From IMG/VR virus record IMGVR_UViG_3300045988_108174: 64,000 bases of DNA; one strand, 5' to 3'. A program made the position numbers and the translations under genes. The number at the start of each line of letters is the position of its first letter. Within the stretch, counting starts at the first letter, position 1. This DNA is from a virus. The notes beneath the pieces were generated by a model that ran no database searches, was not told the DNA's origin, and worked only from the letters and a program-made list of their open reading frames with translations. Positions 27,465 to 38,000 of the stretch are shown one piece after another.

Positions 27465-28875
27465 ACTTAGACCTTACCAAAAAGAAGCAGTAGATGCCGG
27501 GCTTAAGTTTCTTACAGGAAGATCTAAGAAGCCTGGCATAATCGTAGCCCCATGCGGATGTGGAAAGAGCCTTCTGATATCCAAGATAGCACATGAAATA
27601 AATAGACCGACATTAGTATTACAGCCCTCAAAAGAGATTCTGGAGCAGAATTATGCAAAGGCCGTATCATTCGGTTCTAAACCTACTATATATTCTGCTT
27701 CATGTGGTATAAAGGAGCTGTCGGCTATGACTTATGCAACATTAAAGAGCATAAAGAAAGATGTAGCGAGGTTGAAGGATATAGGGATAGATACCTTATT
27801 GATAGACGAATGTCATTCAGGATATTCTCCTGAAGAAGGTTCTGAATTTATGGAGTTTATGAACAGGTTCCCAGAGGCGAAGGTACTGGGCTTCACCGCC
27901 ACTCCCTGCCGCCTCCGAACCTACAGTTCCATGCTGGAAGGGAACTATAGCAAGCTCAATATGCTGACGAAAGACGAGCATAACTTCTTCAAGAAAATAG
28001 TTCATGTGACTCAAATACAAGAACTAACTTCTCAAGGGTTTTGGTGTCCACTTAAGTACGAACGATGGTCGTTTGATGAATCGGCTCTGATGTTAAACAG
28101 TACCGGAGCCGAATACACCAACGAATCTATTAAAGAAAGTATTGTACGAAACGGCTTAAACAACTCTATCTACAAGCGCCTTCTTCAACTTATGAACGAG
28201 CGTAAAGCCATTTTGGTTTGCATGGATTCTATCGAATCATGTAATAGAATATCAGAGTTCATGAATGCCAGGATGGGAGCCATAACCGGTGTCGTAACAT
28301 CGCTAACAACCAAAAAGAAAAGAGAGCAAATCATATCCGATTTCAAAGAAGGTAAGTTGAAGGTGGTTTTTAATTATTCAACGCTTGCTACCGGATTTGA
28401 TTTTCCTGAACTTGATTGTGTGATGTTTGGTCGACCAACTTTCTCATATTCAACTTATTACCAAATATTAGGCCGCGCCGTCCGCATCCATCCTGACAAG
28501 AAAGAGGCGCTGATAGTTGATTGCTGCGACAACATGAGACGCTTTGGTCGGATAGAAGACCTGACAATCGAGCAATTCCCTTCTAAGGGCTGGTGTATGT
28601 TTGCCGGCGATCAACTTCTGTCTAATATAAGGATGGGTGATATTATTACCAAAGACGAGATCCTTCGTCGGGCAGCCTCGCTTAAATCTGTGAATGGAGA
28701 TGGTAGGAGAGAAGACGATCTTGACAGCATAATAATGTGGTTTGGAAAATATGAAGGAATTAGATTCAAGGACATACCAGTGTCGTATTTTAGGTTCTTG
28801 GCTGAGAATATGGCAGTAAAACCAGGAGACAGGAAAGAAAAGATTATCGAATATTATAATAGAATAAAAGCATGA
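27454..28875 (+). CDS. SF2 DEAD/DEAH-box helicase with C-terminal DUF3820-like tail
   Basis: Motif I APCGCGKS, motif II LIDECH, motif III FTATPCR, motif VI QILGRAVR. Confidence 0.8.
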   Translation: MGFELRPYQKEAVDAGLKFLTGRSKKPGIIVAPCGCGKSLLISKIAHEINRPTLVLQPSKEILEQNYAKAVSFGSKPTIYSASCGIKELSAMTYATLKSIKKDVARLKDIGIDTLLIDECHSGYSPEEGSEFMEFMNRFPEAKVLGFTATPCRLRTYSSMLEGNYSKLNMLTKDEHNFFKKIVHVTQIQELTSQGFWCPLKYERWSFDESALMLNSTGAEYTNESIKESIVRNGLNNSIYKRLLQLMNERKAILVCMDSIESCNRISEFMNARMGAITGVVTSLTTKKKREQIISDFKEGKLKVVFNYSTLATGFDFPELDCVMFGRPTFSYSTYYQILGRAVRIHPDKKEALIVDCCDNMRRFGRIEDLTIEQFPSKGWCMFAGDQLLSNIRMGDIITKDEILRRAASLKSVNGDGRREDDLDSIIMWFGKYEGIRFKDIPVSYFRFLAENMAVKPGDRKEKIIEYYNRIKA

Positions 28876-29234
28876 ACAGCAAAAGACGTAAGAAAATAGA
28901 GGATATTATTTCCAATTTGGAAAAGCATAAAACAGATCTTGAGTTTATCAAATCAAAGCTGTCAGAGGTTAGGCATAATCTGGATTCAGCCAAGGATGAT
29001 GTTGATATGATTTTAGACGAAGAGACGGAAGCAAGAGATAATATGCCGGAGTCGTTACAAGATACAGAAAGATATTATCAATCAGATGAGGCTGTAGCTA
29101 ATATGGAGGCGGTTGTTGATGATATAGAAAGTATTGTAGGGGATTTAGAGAATGCGGTTTCAACCATTGATGATAAAATCAATGACATAGAAACTGGTAT
29201 TATAGGGAATTTAGAGGCAGCCATAGGCGCATAA
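28872..29234 (+). CDS. Hypothetical acidic coiled-coil protein
   Basis: 120 aa; ATGA coupling; followed by the palindromic terminator. Confidence 0.5.
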   Translation: MNSKRRKKIEDIISNLEKHKTDLEFIKSKLSEVRHNLDSAKDDVDMILDEETEARDNMPESLQDTERYYQSDEAVANMEAVVDDIESIVGDLENAVSTIDDKINDIETGIIGNLEAAIGA

Positions 29235-29280
29235 CGTAAAAATATAATCATAAAATTTAACACAATATATTTGTATAGAT

Positions 29281-29318
29281 ATAATACGATACATATTTTT
29301 GTATCGTATTATTTTTTA
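29281..29318 (+). terminator. Perfect 13-bp inverted repeat ataatacgataca/tgtatcgtattat with loop tatttt plus T6; terminator and/or operator
   Basis: Seen directly; followed by tttttt. Confidence 0.65.
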
Positions 29319-29331
29319 TGTGTTATATTTT

Positions 29332-30066
29332 ATGAAAACAAATGTTACAATGGTATCAAAAGACCGAGAATTATTTGGCGTAATAATTAAGCAGGACACT
29401 AAAACTTCGTTTATGTCCTTAACAGACCTTCAGGAAGCCTATACGAAGAAGAGGGTTGAGATGGGGTGGAATGAAAAGAGAATAGAGAATATCCTATCTA
29501 ATAAGGAGAGTGCGGAACGTGTTTACTATATCCTTGAAAAACAAGGATATAAGATAGAATCAGGATTTCCTGGTTTTATACAATCTGTTGAAAAAGAGTC
29601 ACTTATAAAAGTGATGAAAAAAATGGGAGCTTATAAGACAATGGGTAGAGGAGAGAATAGGAGAACTATGTGTAATCCATATATATGGGTGCTTGTAGCT
29701 ATGGAACTAAACCCTATGTTGTATGCTGAGGTTGTTACGTGGTTAACAGATAAGCTTATCTTAAACCGAATAGAGGCAGGTGATAAATACAATGTCTTGT
29801 CAAGAGCTATATCAAGATTTCCGGATGCCGATTACTCCAAGATGGCTAAAGGCTTAAATTGGATTGTATTTAATGAGCGTGAAAGCATGATAAGAAATAG
29901 GGCTACACAGGAGCAGTTGAAAGAACTTGAAACCCTACAGTCTAATCTTGCATTCTGCATAGAGATGGGAACCATCTCTTCTTTCTCTAATTTAATGAAC
30001 ATGATGAGATCTATATATGTAAAGAAATGGGGAGAAGAGGCTGTAACTTCTAAAAACGTAAAATAA
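29332..30066 (+). CDS. Hypothetical protein, possibly with KilA-N/Bro-N-like N-terminus (ORF track has a TTG start at 29299 inside the terminator)
   Basis: First ATG after the terminator; the N-terminal similarity is weak. Confidence 0.45.
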   Translation: MKTNVTMVSKDRELFGVIIKQDTKTSFMSLTDLQEAYTKKRVEMGWNEKRIENILSNKESAERVYYILEKQGYKIESGFPGFIQSVEKESLIKVMKKMGAYKTMGRGENRRTMCNPYIWVLVAMELNPMLYAEVVTWLTDKLILNRIEAGDKYNVLSRAISRFPDADYSKMAKGLNWIVFNERESMIRNRATQEQLKELETLQSNLAFCIEMGTISSFSNLMNMMRSIYVKKWGEEAVTSKNVK

Positions 30067-30067
30067 T

Positions 30068-30355
30068 ATGGGAGTAAAAGAAATAAGAGAACTACTTAGA
30101 CTCTACAATCTCGAACATAGTGTCGTCCAGAACAAAAACTCTGGGCGGTATTCTATTATTCTCCATAACAACATCATAGGAACGAACGTAGATGGAGAGA
30201 AGGTAGTTGTGTTCAGAACCATTCCGGATGGAAGCAATACGTTCTCTATGGAGCGAAATAGATTCTATGAGGGGTTTGTAGAGGCTTTTGATGACGATAA
30301 GGCGATTGAAGCCGTAAAACAGTATTTTGAGAAAAACAGAAATGATAGGGTATAA
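30068..30355 (+). CDS. Hypothetical protein
   Basis: 95 aa. Confidence 0.5.
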   Translation: MGVKEIRELLRLYNLEHSVVQNKNSGRYSIILHNNIIGTNVDGEKVVVFRTIPDGSNTFSMERNRFYEGFVEAFDDDKAIEAVKQYFEKNRNDRV

Positions 30356-30407
30356 GACGAAGATGGATTATATTACTATCGAAATGAGGTAAAACAACGA
30401 TAAAGCA

Positions 30408-30965
30408 ATGGAAAAGATGGATGATAATACTAAAAATATCCTTTATCCAAAAGGATCTATTTTTCGCATATTAAAAGATGATATAATCAGTGCCGAATTT
30501 AAAATCGTCAAAGGAGCTATAGCGGAGGCAGTATCAGACATAGAAGTAAATGATAAATATGCTGAGGTTTGTTGCAATGGGGAGACGTTCGTCATAGAAA
30601 CGGATATTATGGATATTATTCTTACCAAAGACCCCATAGAAAACAAATCGGTGAAAAATGACATCATTGACGACAAACTACGATGGGATTTGCTTCCAAT
30701 GAAAGAGATTGAGGATATTGTAAGAGTCTATCATGCTGGTGCAAAGAAGTACGGACCCAATAAATGGCAGAACCTTGACAACGGGTTTGAACGGTATCGT
30801 GCTGCGGCTGCCAGACACCTAATGGAATACATGAAAGGGGAAAGAGTGGATTCCGATACAGGATGTTTTCATCTTGCACAATGTGCATGGAACTGTATAG
30901 CTATGCTGTGGTATGACAAGCATGGAAAAGGGTTGATACCATTAAACAAGGAGGAAAAGAAATGA
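30408..30965 (+). CDS. dATP/dGTP pyrophosphohydrolase-like domain protein (DUF5664 type)
   Basis: RWDLLPMKEIEDIVRVYHAGAKKYGPNKW...RHLMEY...HLAQCAWN matches the RWDL(L/I)P...KYG..NW signature. Confidence 0.55.
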   Translation: MEKMDDNTKNILYPKGSIFRILKDDIISAEFKIVKGAIAEAVSDIEVNDKYAEVCCNGETFVIETDIMDIILTKDPIENKSVKNDIIDDKLRWDLLPMKEIEDIVRVYHAGAKKYGPNKWQNLDNGFERYRAAAARHLMEYMKGERVDSDTGCFHLAQCAWNCIAMLWYDKHGKGLIPLNKEEKK

Positions 30966-31273
30966 CAATAGAACAACTAAATTATTTATTAAGAAAAGAG
31001 CTTTATGCTATAAAAAACCATAAAGACAATATTGATAGAATCAAAAAAGAATACTTTGATTCCAATTATGGGTTAAAAGAAGGAGGTAAGATCCGTATTT
31101 TACACGAAACAGGAGATGAAATGATAGGCTTCTTGAAAAAAGTTGAAGTATGTGAAGACGGAGATCTGTACTTGACAATCCAAAAACAAAACGAAAAAGG
31201 TGACAGAGGCAGAGGAACATGGAATATGTATCTATCATCAAAATCAATTAAAATTGAAAAATTATTAGATTAA
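30962..31273 (+). CDS. Hypothetical protein
   Basis: 103 aa; SD AAGGAGGA. Confidence 0.5.
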   Translation: MTIEQLNYLLRKELYAIKNHKDNIDRIKKEYFDSNYGLKEGGKIRILHETGDEMIGFLKKVEVCEDGDLYLTIQKQNEKGDRGRGTWNMYLSSKSIKIEKLLD

Positions 31274-31280
31274 TAACGAT

Positions 31281-31811
31281 ATGATTAGAGCAAGATTTTA
31301 CATTAAAAAATCCGACTGTAGTAACGACTACCGTCCAGTCAAATGGCCTATAAAATACCCGTATTGGTGTAGCGCAGAATCCAGTAATTCATTTGTGCTG
31401 GTGGCGTATGCTGAAGACGAAGACAGTATAAAAGAACTGTGGCCGGAGGCGTATGATATTAATGTCTTAGAGAAAGATACCGAAATTAGATTCACATTAA
31501 GATTTCCTAAGCCGGAATGGTATGAATTGTACGAAAGGGAATTAGAAGAATGTGATAGATTTATATGGGTTACGGATGCGTGCCTGAGAGACGGTATAAT
31601 AAGAAAAGTAAAAGCTAAAATAGAAGAGTACGGCGGTCTTTTGTTAGCCGACATCCCTGATAGGTTCACTCCTTATGAAATAGGAATGGATGCTTTTGAG
31701 AGCAAAGAAGAAGCTTTAAAACATGCAGAGGAACGGAGAGCGTACCTAATCGAATATATTAAGAAACGATTGAATAAACTTGAAAATCTAAAATTTAAAT
31801 GCGATGATTAA
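31281..31811 (+). CDS. Hypothetical protein
   Basis: 176 aa. Confidence 0.55.
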   Translation: MIRARFYIKKSDCSNDYRPVKWPIKYPYWCSAESSNSFVLVAYAEDEDSIKELWPEAYDINVLEKDTEIRFTLRFPKPEWYELYERELEECDRFIWVTDACLRDGIIRKVKAKIEEYGGLLLADIPDRFTPYEIGMDAFESKEEALKHAEERRAYLIEYIKKRLNKLENLKFKCDD

Positions 31812-32517
31812 TTACGCGGCAAAAGCCAGGAAAGCTTATTTGATAAACAATTTCGATAAGATTCTTAACAGTCTCAACACGCTTCATTCAACGGTTGAGA
31901 CCATGACGTTGTTCGTAAACGACCAGGCTTATAATTACATTCTTAAGCTAAAGGAAGTAATTAAAACCAGTCCTATGTATAAGCACAATATCAAGCGTCT
32001 TTTAAATGATATGGACAAAGAGATAAAGAGGTACAATGCTTCTATCTACTACATAAATAAAGAACGTAGTGAGGTTATTGCTGATATAACACAGGTCATG
32101 GAAGACTGTCTCATGCCATACATAGACGACCTGGCCGGCGCTATAAGGGCAGCCGTGTGGTCGAGGGGTGTGTCCGAGGAGCGGACGGAAGCGGCGGTAC
32201 TGTCCCTAATCGTATCCTCCTTGGCCACGACATCAGGCAGACTTATCTCAGGTGGATATCAGATCATGAAAGAAATGGGTGGAGGTCAAGGTGGTAATCC
32301 ATTTACGTTTATGAGCATTGATAAGATAAGACACTTATCTACATCATTATCTGATGCTATTACCGGTGGAGAAATAGCTCTTGAAGAAAAAGAAGCCAAT
32401 GACATAACTAAGGCAATGGATGTTTTTATTGAGAAAATGTCTGATTCGGATATTGTTGATAAGGTGATCAGCATACTCGAAGAGGCAGAATCTAAAAATA
32501 AGGAGGAGCGATCGTGA
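31804..32517 (+). CDS. Hypothetical protein
   Basis: 237 aa. Confidence 0.55.
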   Translation: MINYAAKARKAYLINNFDKILNSLNTLHSTVETMTLFVNDQAYNYILKLKEVIKTSPMYKHNIKRLLNDMDKEIKRYNASIYYINKERSEVIADITQVMEDCLMPYIDDLAGAIRAAVWSRGVSEERTEAAVLSLIVSSLATTSGRLISGGYQIMKEMGGGQGGNPFTFMSIDKIRHLSTSLSDAITGGEIALEEKEANDITKAMDVFIEKMSDSDIVDKVISILEEAESKNKEERS

Positions 32518-32705
32518 ATTATTTGGATGGGTATGTAGAAGAAGTTCTTTCTGAGCCGTACTATGATGATTATGGCTCTGGAATTTTTAGGTGGTGGGTG
32601 GAAGTATCTTACATTTGTGAAGGTACAGAATCAACTACTATCTTAATGTTTGATACGAGAGAAGAAGCAGAGGCAGTAAAACCAGGTTATAAATTTTTAT
32701 GTTGA
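32514..32705 (+). CDS. Hypothetical small protein
   Basis: 63 aa; ATGA coupling. Confidence 0.4.
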   Translation: MNYLDGYVEEVLSEPYYDDYGSGIFRWWVEVSYICEGTESTTILMFDTREEAEAVKPGYKFLC

Positions 32706-32712
32706 AAATAAC

Positions 32713-32961
32713 ATGAGGTATTTTGTTTTATTGATGGCACTTGTGTTATCATCATGTTCGCATGATGATAGTCAGGTTAATAACGGATGGGTTATATATG
32801 ATTTACGTCCTTTACAGGGTGGGCGTGTGATGTATTATGGTGAAGACGGAGGATTTTCAATATTTAACAGTAATAGACTTATAAAATTCGTTGGATACCA
32901 AGGGGAATACAATATAGGAGATTCTATTAAGATCATAAAAGTGAAACAATATGGAAAATAA
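32713..32961 (+). CDS. Predicted lipoprotein (signal peptide with lipobox LSSC)
   Basis: MRYFVLLMALVLSSC; 82 aa. Confidence 0.5.
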   Translation: MRYFVLLMALVLSSCSHDDSQVNNGWVIYDLRPLQGGRVMYYGEDGGFSIFNSNRLIKFVGYQGEYNIGDSIKIIKVKQYGK

Positions 32962-33439
32962 TTTAAAACTCGTATGTCCAAAATGTGGCACTCCTCACCA
33001 GCCTCATTCTCCGCACACGATGGATGCAGATGGATTTGAAAGGTGTGAGATAAGAACTGTCATGGAAGACAGGGGGTGGTGCTACGAATGCTCTTTTTGG
33101 CAAAATATGTACGACAAGCACAAAGACGATCCAGGATGGGTTAGGATAGACGGTGAAAGCTGGGTGCTTAAGCCTATGGTGGAAAACGTACCGAGCGGAT
33201 GGAACAGCCTTGGATGCGGTGGAAGAAAAATGTATATCAATATCGAAGGGAAAGGCATTGTTGTATCAAATAACTGCTGGTGCCAAGGTGATGTTTCGGA
33301 TGCATTTAAGGATCTGATGCCTGATAATGCCACTTGGGCTACGAAGGAGGAATTTGACAAAGCTCCTGTAGTAGGATATATTATAGAAGGTATTGGTTTA
33401 GTTTTCACAGATAGGGAAGGTCATAAAGCTAATGCTTAG
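32951..33439 (+). CDS. Hypothetical Cys/His-rich protein
   Basis: 162 aa, CPKCGTPH...C..C. Confidence 0.5.
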   Translation: MENNLKLVCPKCGTPHQPHSPHTMDADGFERCEIRTVMEDRGWCYECSFWQNMYDKHKDDPGWVRIDGESWVLKPMVENVPSGWNSLGCGGRKMYINIEGKGIVVSNNCWCQGDVSDAFKDLMPDNATWATKEEFDKAPVVGYIIEGIGLVFTDREGHKANA

Positions 33440-33680
33440 GAATCTATTTCATGTTCCTATTAGAATATTTGAAAGGAAATTAACTAATGGGGAAATAGAA
33501 TATTGGTGCCAATATCAAAACATTTTTGGGAAATGGAAAAACAGAATAAAATATAATATGTTTGGCGTGTCGTATTATGCTGTTTTTTATTCATTCGAAG
33601 ATGCGTATGAATTTAATTATGGTGAGAAAGAAGAAGGAAAGGTAAAGGTAGTGGATTCTTGTTACAAGAGAAGATGGTAA
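33432..33680 (+). CDS. Hypothetical protein, last gene of the + block
   Basis: 82 aa. Confidence 0.45.
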   Translation: MLRNLFHVPIRIFERKLTNGEIEYWCQYQNIFGKWKNRIKYNMFGVSYYAVFYSFEDAYEFNYGEKEEGKVKVVDSCYKRRW

Positions 33681-33682
33681 CT

Positions 33683-33727
33683 ACAATAATCCCCGGCCAT
33701 ACAATAGGTGTACGGTTGGGGATTATT
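33683..33727. terminator. Bidirectional terminator between the convergent + and - blocks: 11-bp stem caataatcccc/ggggattattg
   Basis: Lies between the last + gene (ends 33680) and the last - gene (ends 33795); A/T-rich flanks on both sides. Confidence 0.55.
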
Positions 33728-33794
33728 GTAATATATGATTAATAACCGTCTTATCTTATACTAATACATTTTAGTACTATTTTTATATCTTTTA

Positions 33795-34244
33795 TTATAA
33801 TTCCACATAGGTATCAATAGGGACAAAGCTGCCAATTGTACTTATCTTATATATTGAATGAATAAGGTGAGTACTTGGACTTAATTTCAGTTGAGGTACT
33901 TGATTGGATCCTTCTGTAATAAAGAAATAATAAAAAACGTCTCCAATCGTAAACTGTAATATAATATCACCTGTTACCTGTCCTTCATTAAAGTAAGCCT
34001 GGATATATTGTCCAGAATTTGATATCGTACAACTTATAGGATTACCGCCCATCGTACATACCTTGCTATTATTAATTTCATCTAAAACATAGGAAGCCGC
34101 CATAGTTGCTCCATTAGATCGGTATCTACAACCAAGAATAGGTACAGGATTTCGCCATGTGGTTGTAGGGGCCGAAATCGAACAAGCAAAAACAGGGATC
34201 TTGACGCCGGCAACTGTCTTAATATTTTCAAATCTTCTTCTCAT
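33795..34244 (-). CDS. Hypothetical protein; N-terminus MRRRF shared with the upstream paralogue; candidate fibre or receptor-binding module
   Basis: 149 aa; last gene of the - block. Confidence 0.5.
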   Translation of the reverse strand: MRRRFENIKTVAGVKIPVFACSISAPTTTWRNPVPILGCRYRSNGATMAASYVLDEINNSKVCTMGGNPISCTISNSGQYIQAYFNEGQVTGDIILQFTIGDVFYYFFITEGSNQVPQLKLSPSTHLIHSIYKISTIGSFVPIDTYVEL

Positions 34245-34248
34245 AATT

Positions 34249-34866
34249 TTATAAAATTAATTCAGTAAAAGGACGGACATAATGTGAACTACCCCTTGAA
34301 CCTGTATCCAAATGATCTCCTTGGATGTTTATATCATAATACCACGAATAGGAAAATTTTTCATTTCGAGTGGATGTCCACATTCTATTACTCATTATCG
34401 TACCTCCTACCATTAAAAGGCATTCGTTTATTTCATTAGCATACAATGATATCAAAAAAAACTCTCCGGCGCCACCTACATATCCATTTTGACCATTTTT
34501 AAATAAATAGCTATTAGCTTTATTAAAAGCGTAATCTGTATTACTGGTATCATATTCAAGATACGCATTCTGATTTTCACGCCCCCAATAATCCTTTTTA
34601 ATAGTTCCCATATGAGAACTATCTTGTGCAAATATATTGTCTATTTCTCCATCCTTACCCCAACGAAATGTGCCAATATATTCGGTGGCTATAACAAAAC
34701 ACACTTTATCTACAAGAGCTATTCCATTGCATAGATCATTGGAATATCCTTTATTAGACCAATTTTCTTTTGTATATAATCCTCCATCTACATGTTGGAT
34801 GTATATGCCTTTATTGATTATAAGCGAGGGATTTACCCCCATCCCTATTTGAAATCTTCGTCTCAT
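34249..34866 (-). CDS. DUF1566-like domain protein starting MRRRF (ORF track extends to 34926)
   Basis: C-terminus MWTSTRNEKFSYSWYYDI...HYVRPF matches the DUF1566 signature. Confidence 0.5.
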   Translation of the reverse strand: MRRRFQIGMGVNPSLIINKGIYIQHVDGGLYTKENWSNKGYSNDLCNGIALVDKVCFVIATEYIGTFRWGKDGEIDNIFAQDSSHMGTIKKDYWGRENQNAYLEYDTSNTDYAFNKANSYLFKNGQNGYVGGAGEFFLISLYANEINECLLMVGGTIMSNRMWTSTRNEKFSYSWYYDINIQGDHLDTGSRGSSHYVRPFTELIL

Positions 34867-34931
34867 GATTTTTTGTTTGCAAGATAGCAATAATTGACAA
34901 CATAAAAGAAACCGGTTCCCTATCATCTCTG

Positions 34932-34962
34932 ACTGAGAACCGGTAAGAAAACAATTTCAAAA
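34932..34962 (-). terminator. Hairpin ccggttc/gaaccgg followed on the - strand by tttcttttatg
   Basis: Immediately downstream of the 2140-aa gene. Confidence 0.45.
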
Positions 34963-35081
34963 AAAATTAAACCTACATAATCTTTCAAGTAAGAACAAAA
35001 AAACGTACAATCGACTCTTTGACGATGCTAATATAGCATATTGGAATCATACAAAAACAATGCAAGTCCGATATTCTTCGT

Positions 35082-38000
35082 CTATTTGTAACTAACATCA
35101 TCGTCTCCTTCCGAATCAGGAGTGGCGCCGATGAAGAACATCATTGACTTGTTGTTCGTCTGCTGCCACCAATTATAGGCGCGCGCTACGTCTTCCGGCG
35201 TCTTGATATTATACCATTGTTTGATAAACGTCTGTTTGGCGAGTTGCCTAAATAACTTAGACTCTCCTTTGTATGTACCGGACGTCACCTTATCAAGTGA
35301 ATAATTCCTAAGATCGGTAAGATCCTTAAGTTTCCGTCCCATAACAAACGGGTCGTTAATGATATCTACCACATTAAGCTCCATAATAAACGGCATCTGT
35401 GAAGCTATTTCATTTATGGTTCTGAATCCAACGTAAGATCCAAATTGAGTAAGCCAACTTTCTTCGTTTTCATCATCATCACGCCATCCGGCAAGAAGCA
35501 TGGATACGGCTTGCATGATAAGGAACGTGCCGGCATAGACACTGAGGCGTTTGAGATTAGTTTTTTCTACCTCATCCATATTGTCTTTATTTTCGTTCCA
35601 GGCATCTATGATGTTTTTCATACCAGACTCGGAAGCCAGGCTAAATGTTTTGGCTATCATATTCTTTAACGTAATTGACAACCCTTCCTCTTCTTGCATT
35701 GTTTGGAAATTGAAGCCACGTCTTTTCCACAGACGTTGAGCCGCCAGCACCAACCATCCTCGGTGGGCGGTCATGAACCTGGCTATCCAGTTGCGCGATG
35801 CGGCAGTTCGGTTTTCTTCATTCAAAGATCCGTTACATATCTGCGACAAGCTACGGACTTGATTCCTGGTTATAGCCATCTGGGTTTCAACTTCCTCAAC
35901 AGTAACACCCGATCCTGGCTTTACAACCACCTTCCCATCCACGACGTCTACCATACTCCATAAAGTACGATCTTTTAATGCGTTCCATTCTCTTTTTATG
36001 GTACTCTGTTCTTTATTACGTTCTTTTTCCATCTTGAAATCTTGGAACGTGTAGAACCGACCTTTGTAATAACGAACATTGTCCATAGTAGCAATCATAA
36101 CCTGCGGATCAAGAGGGTAGTTCAGGATTTTCATAAAAGCATACATAGGCGAACGCATTAAGGTCCTGGCCGCTCTATTGTATCCGGCACCATACATACG
36201 ATTTCGGATATTGAATATCCCCATTCTCTCACCTATGACATATAATTTGCTTTTCCTATCTATGTCTCCGGTTTCTGCTATACAAGATGGAGCAAGGCGT
36301 GAAAATTCAGCCGATGCGTATTTAAGGGAATCTTTACTTATATACTGTCCTACGGCAGATTCCATGATGAGGTTGATATGACCTGTTAAGGCGCCGGTAG
36401 CTGCCACAAACGGGGACAGTGCCAAGTTCATGACCGACATAAATCTTTCAACAGCCATCATAATTCTTGTAAGGTCTACCGTATATCCTCCGATGTTCAC
36501 CGTAAGTTTTTTGGTGTTCATCCTAATGCCATAATAATGATCGTTGAAGAAGTCCCTGAACATCTGATATGCTTGGGTTGCTTCAGCCTTTTTACCACCT
36601 TCAAATTGTTTATTCAGTAACATCTGCTCCAGTCCTTGAGCGAGCTCTATAGACTTCTGCTTTTCGTTGTATAACGATGACTGCATCATAAGCATCGAAT
36701 AAGAGTAGCCAAAATCGTGAGATACATCATCTTGGTTCTCCAATTCATATATGTAGTATTTAGGTATAGACCTAAGTCTGTCTTCCGGATCATACACTTC
36801 TCCTTGCCTGGTTTTACCGTATAAAGAATCGTCTACTCTGTCCAGGCACAGATCTGATACAAAATTACGAACCGTATTTTTGAAGTTAATACCCAATCCT
36901 TCTATACGTTCTATATCTTGTTTTGATATCTGTGGAATAGCATACAGGTTCGGGCTCTGCTCTTTGTATAGATCAAGGGATTGTCTTTTTATTTCCTTGA
37001 GTTTTTGAATCATATTCCACTGCTCTACGTTTTTAGTAGCAACTTCATTACCGTCAGCATCATACTTGATACCAAAGTCATTGAAATAAGATTCATCACG
37101 ATACAGGCTTTTCTTAGGCATTCGATGACCATACCCATGATCTTTTACATAATCAGGATTACGGCCGTTATTTTCGGCTTCAGATTCAGCCACCCATGCC
37201 CTTGCAGGATCGAAAGACAGGTACGATATGTTCATGCCATAATCTTGGGTGGATGTACCGTTTTGCACGTCCTTAACCATCTGCGCCACATCTATCTCAC
37301 CTCGACCTATTTTGTCGATCATAGCCGCATATCCGGTAGGCGCCATGCGTTTATAGTAGGAAAAGACCTGGCCCCTGGCAAATTCATTAACAATAGCATT
37401 AGCTTCTTCTACACCCTCTTCTCTTGTATTATTTAAAAACAAGCTGGCCATCTTAGCATTAACAGCATTCCTGAAATCTCTACCGTCTAATTCTTTGCTT
37501 ATACCAAGCTTTTCTGACAGGTAGTTGGTTTCAGATACGGTAAACAGATATCGGTTATCAGCAGCCTTAAACAGCTTATCCCTTAAAGCCTGAATCCTTT
37601 TTGCTTTCTTCGCCGTAGTATGACGTTGTACGAACTTCCATTCCACTTCCTTGGAGTCAGCAAGAGCATTTAAATAAGACTGATTTACTTCGTTTTCGGC
37701 CTTACTGCTTTTAGTAAGGTACTTATCAATATCTTCAAGACCCACCATCTTAGCATAATCTATTAAAATAGCGTAATCAGCTTCAATAGCTTCAGATGCG
37801 GCCCTAAAAGCATCTCTTTCAGACAAGGTAAATGTCGCTTCGTTAATTTCTCCGATATCAGCCACATCTCGGTTGTTTCCGATTATTTCCTTGATAATGG
37901 CCTTATTTTTTTCTATATCTTTCACAATCGAATCCACGTCAGTCGCATCTTTATCACTTGTCGTAGAACCAATGATATCATGCGCCATTTTAAGATACGA

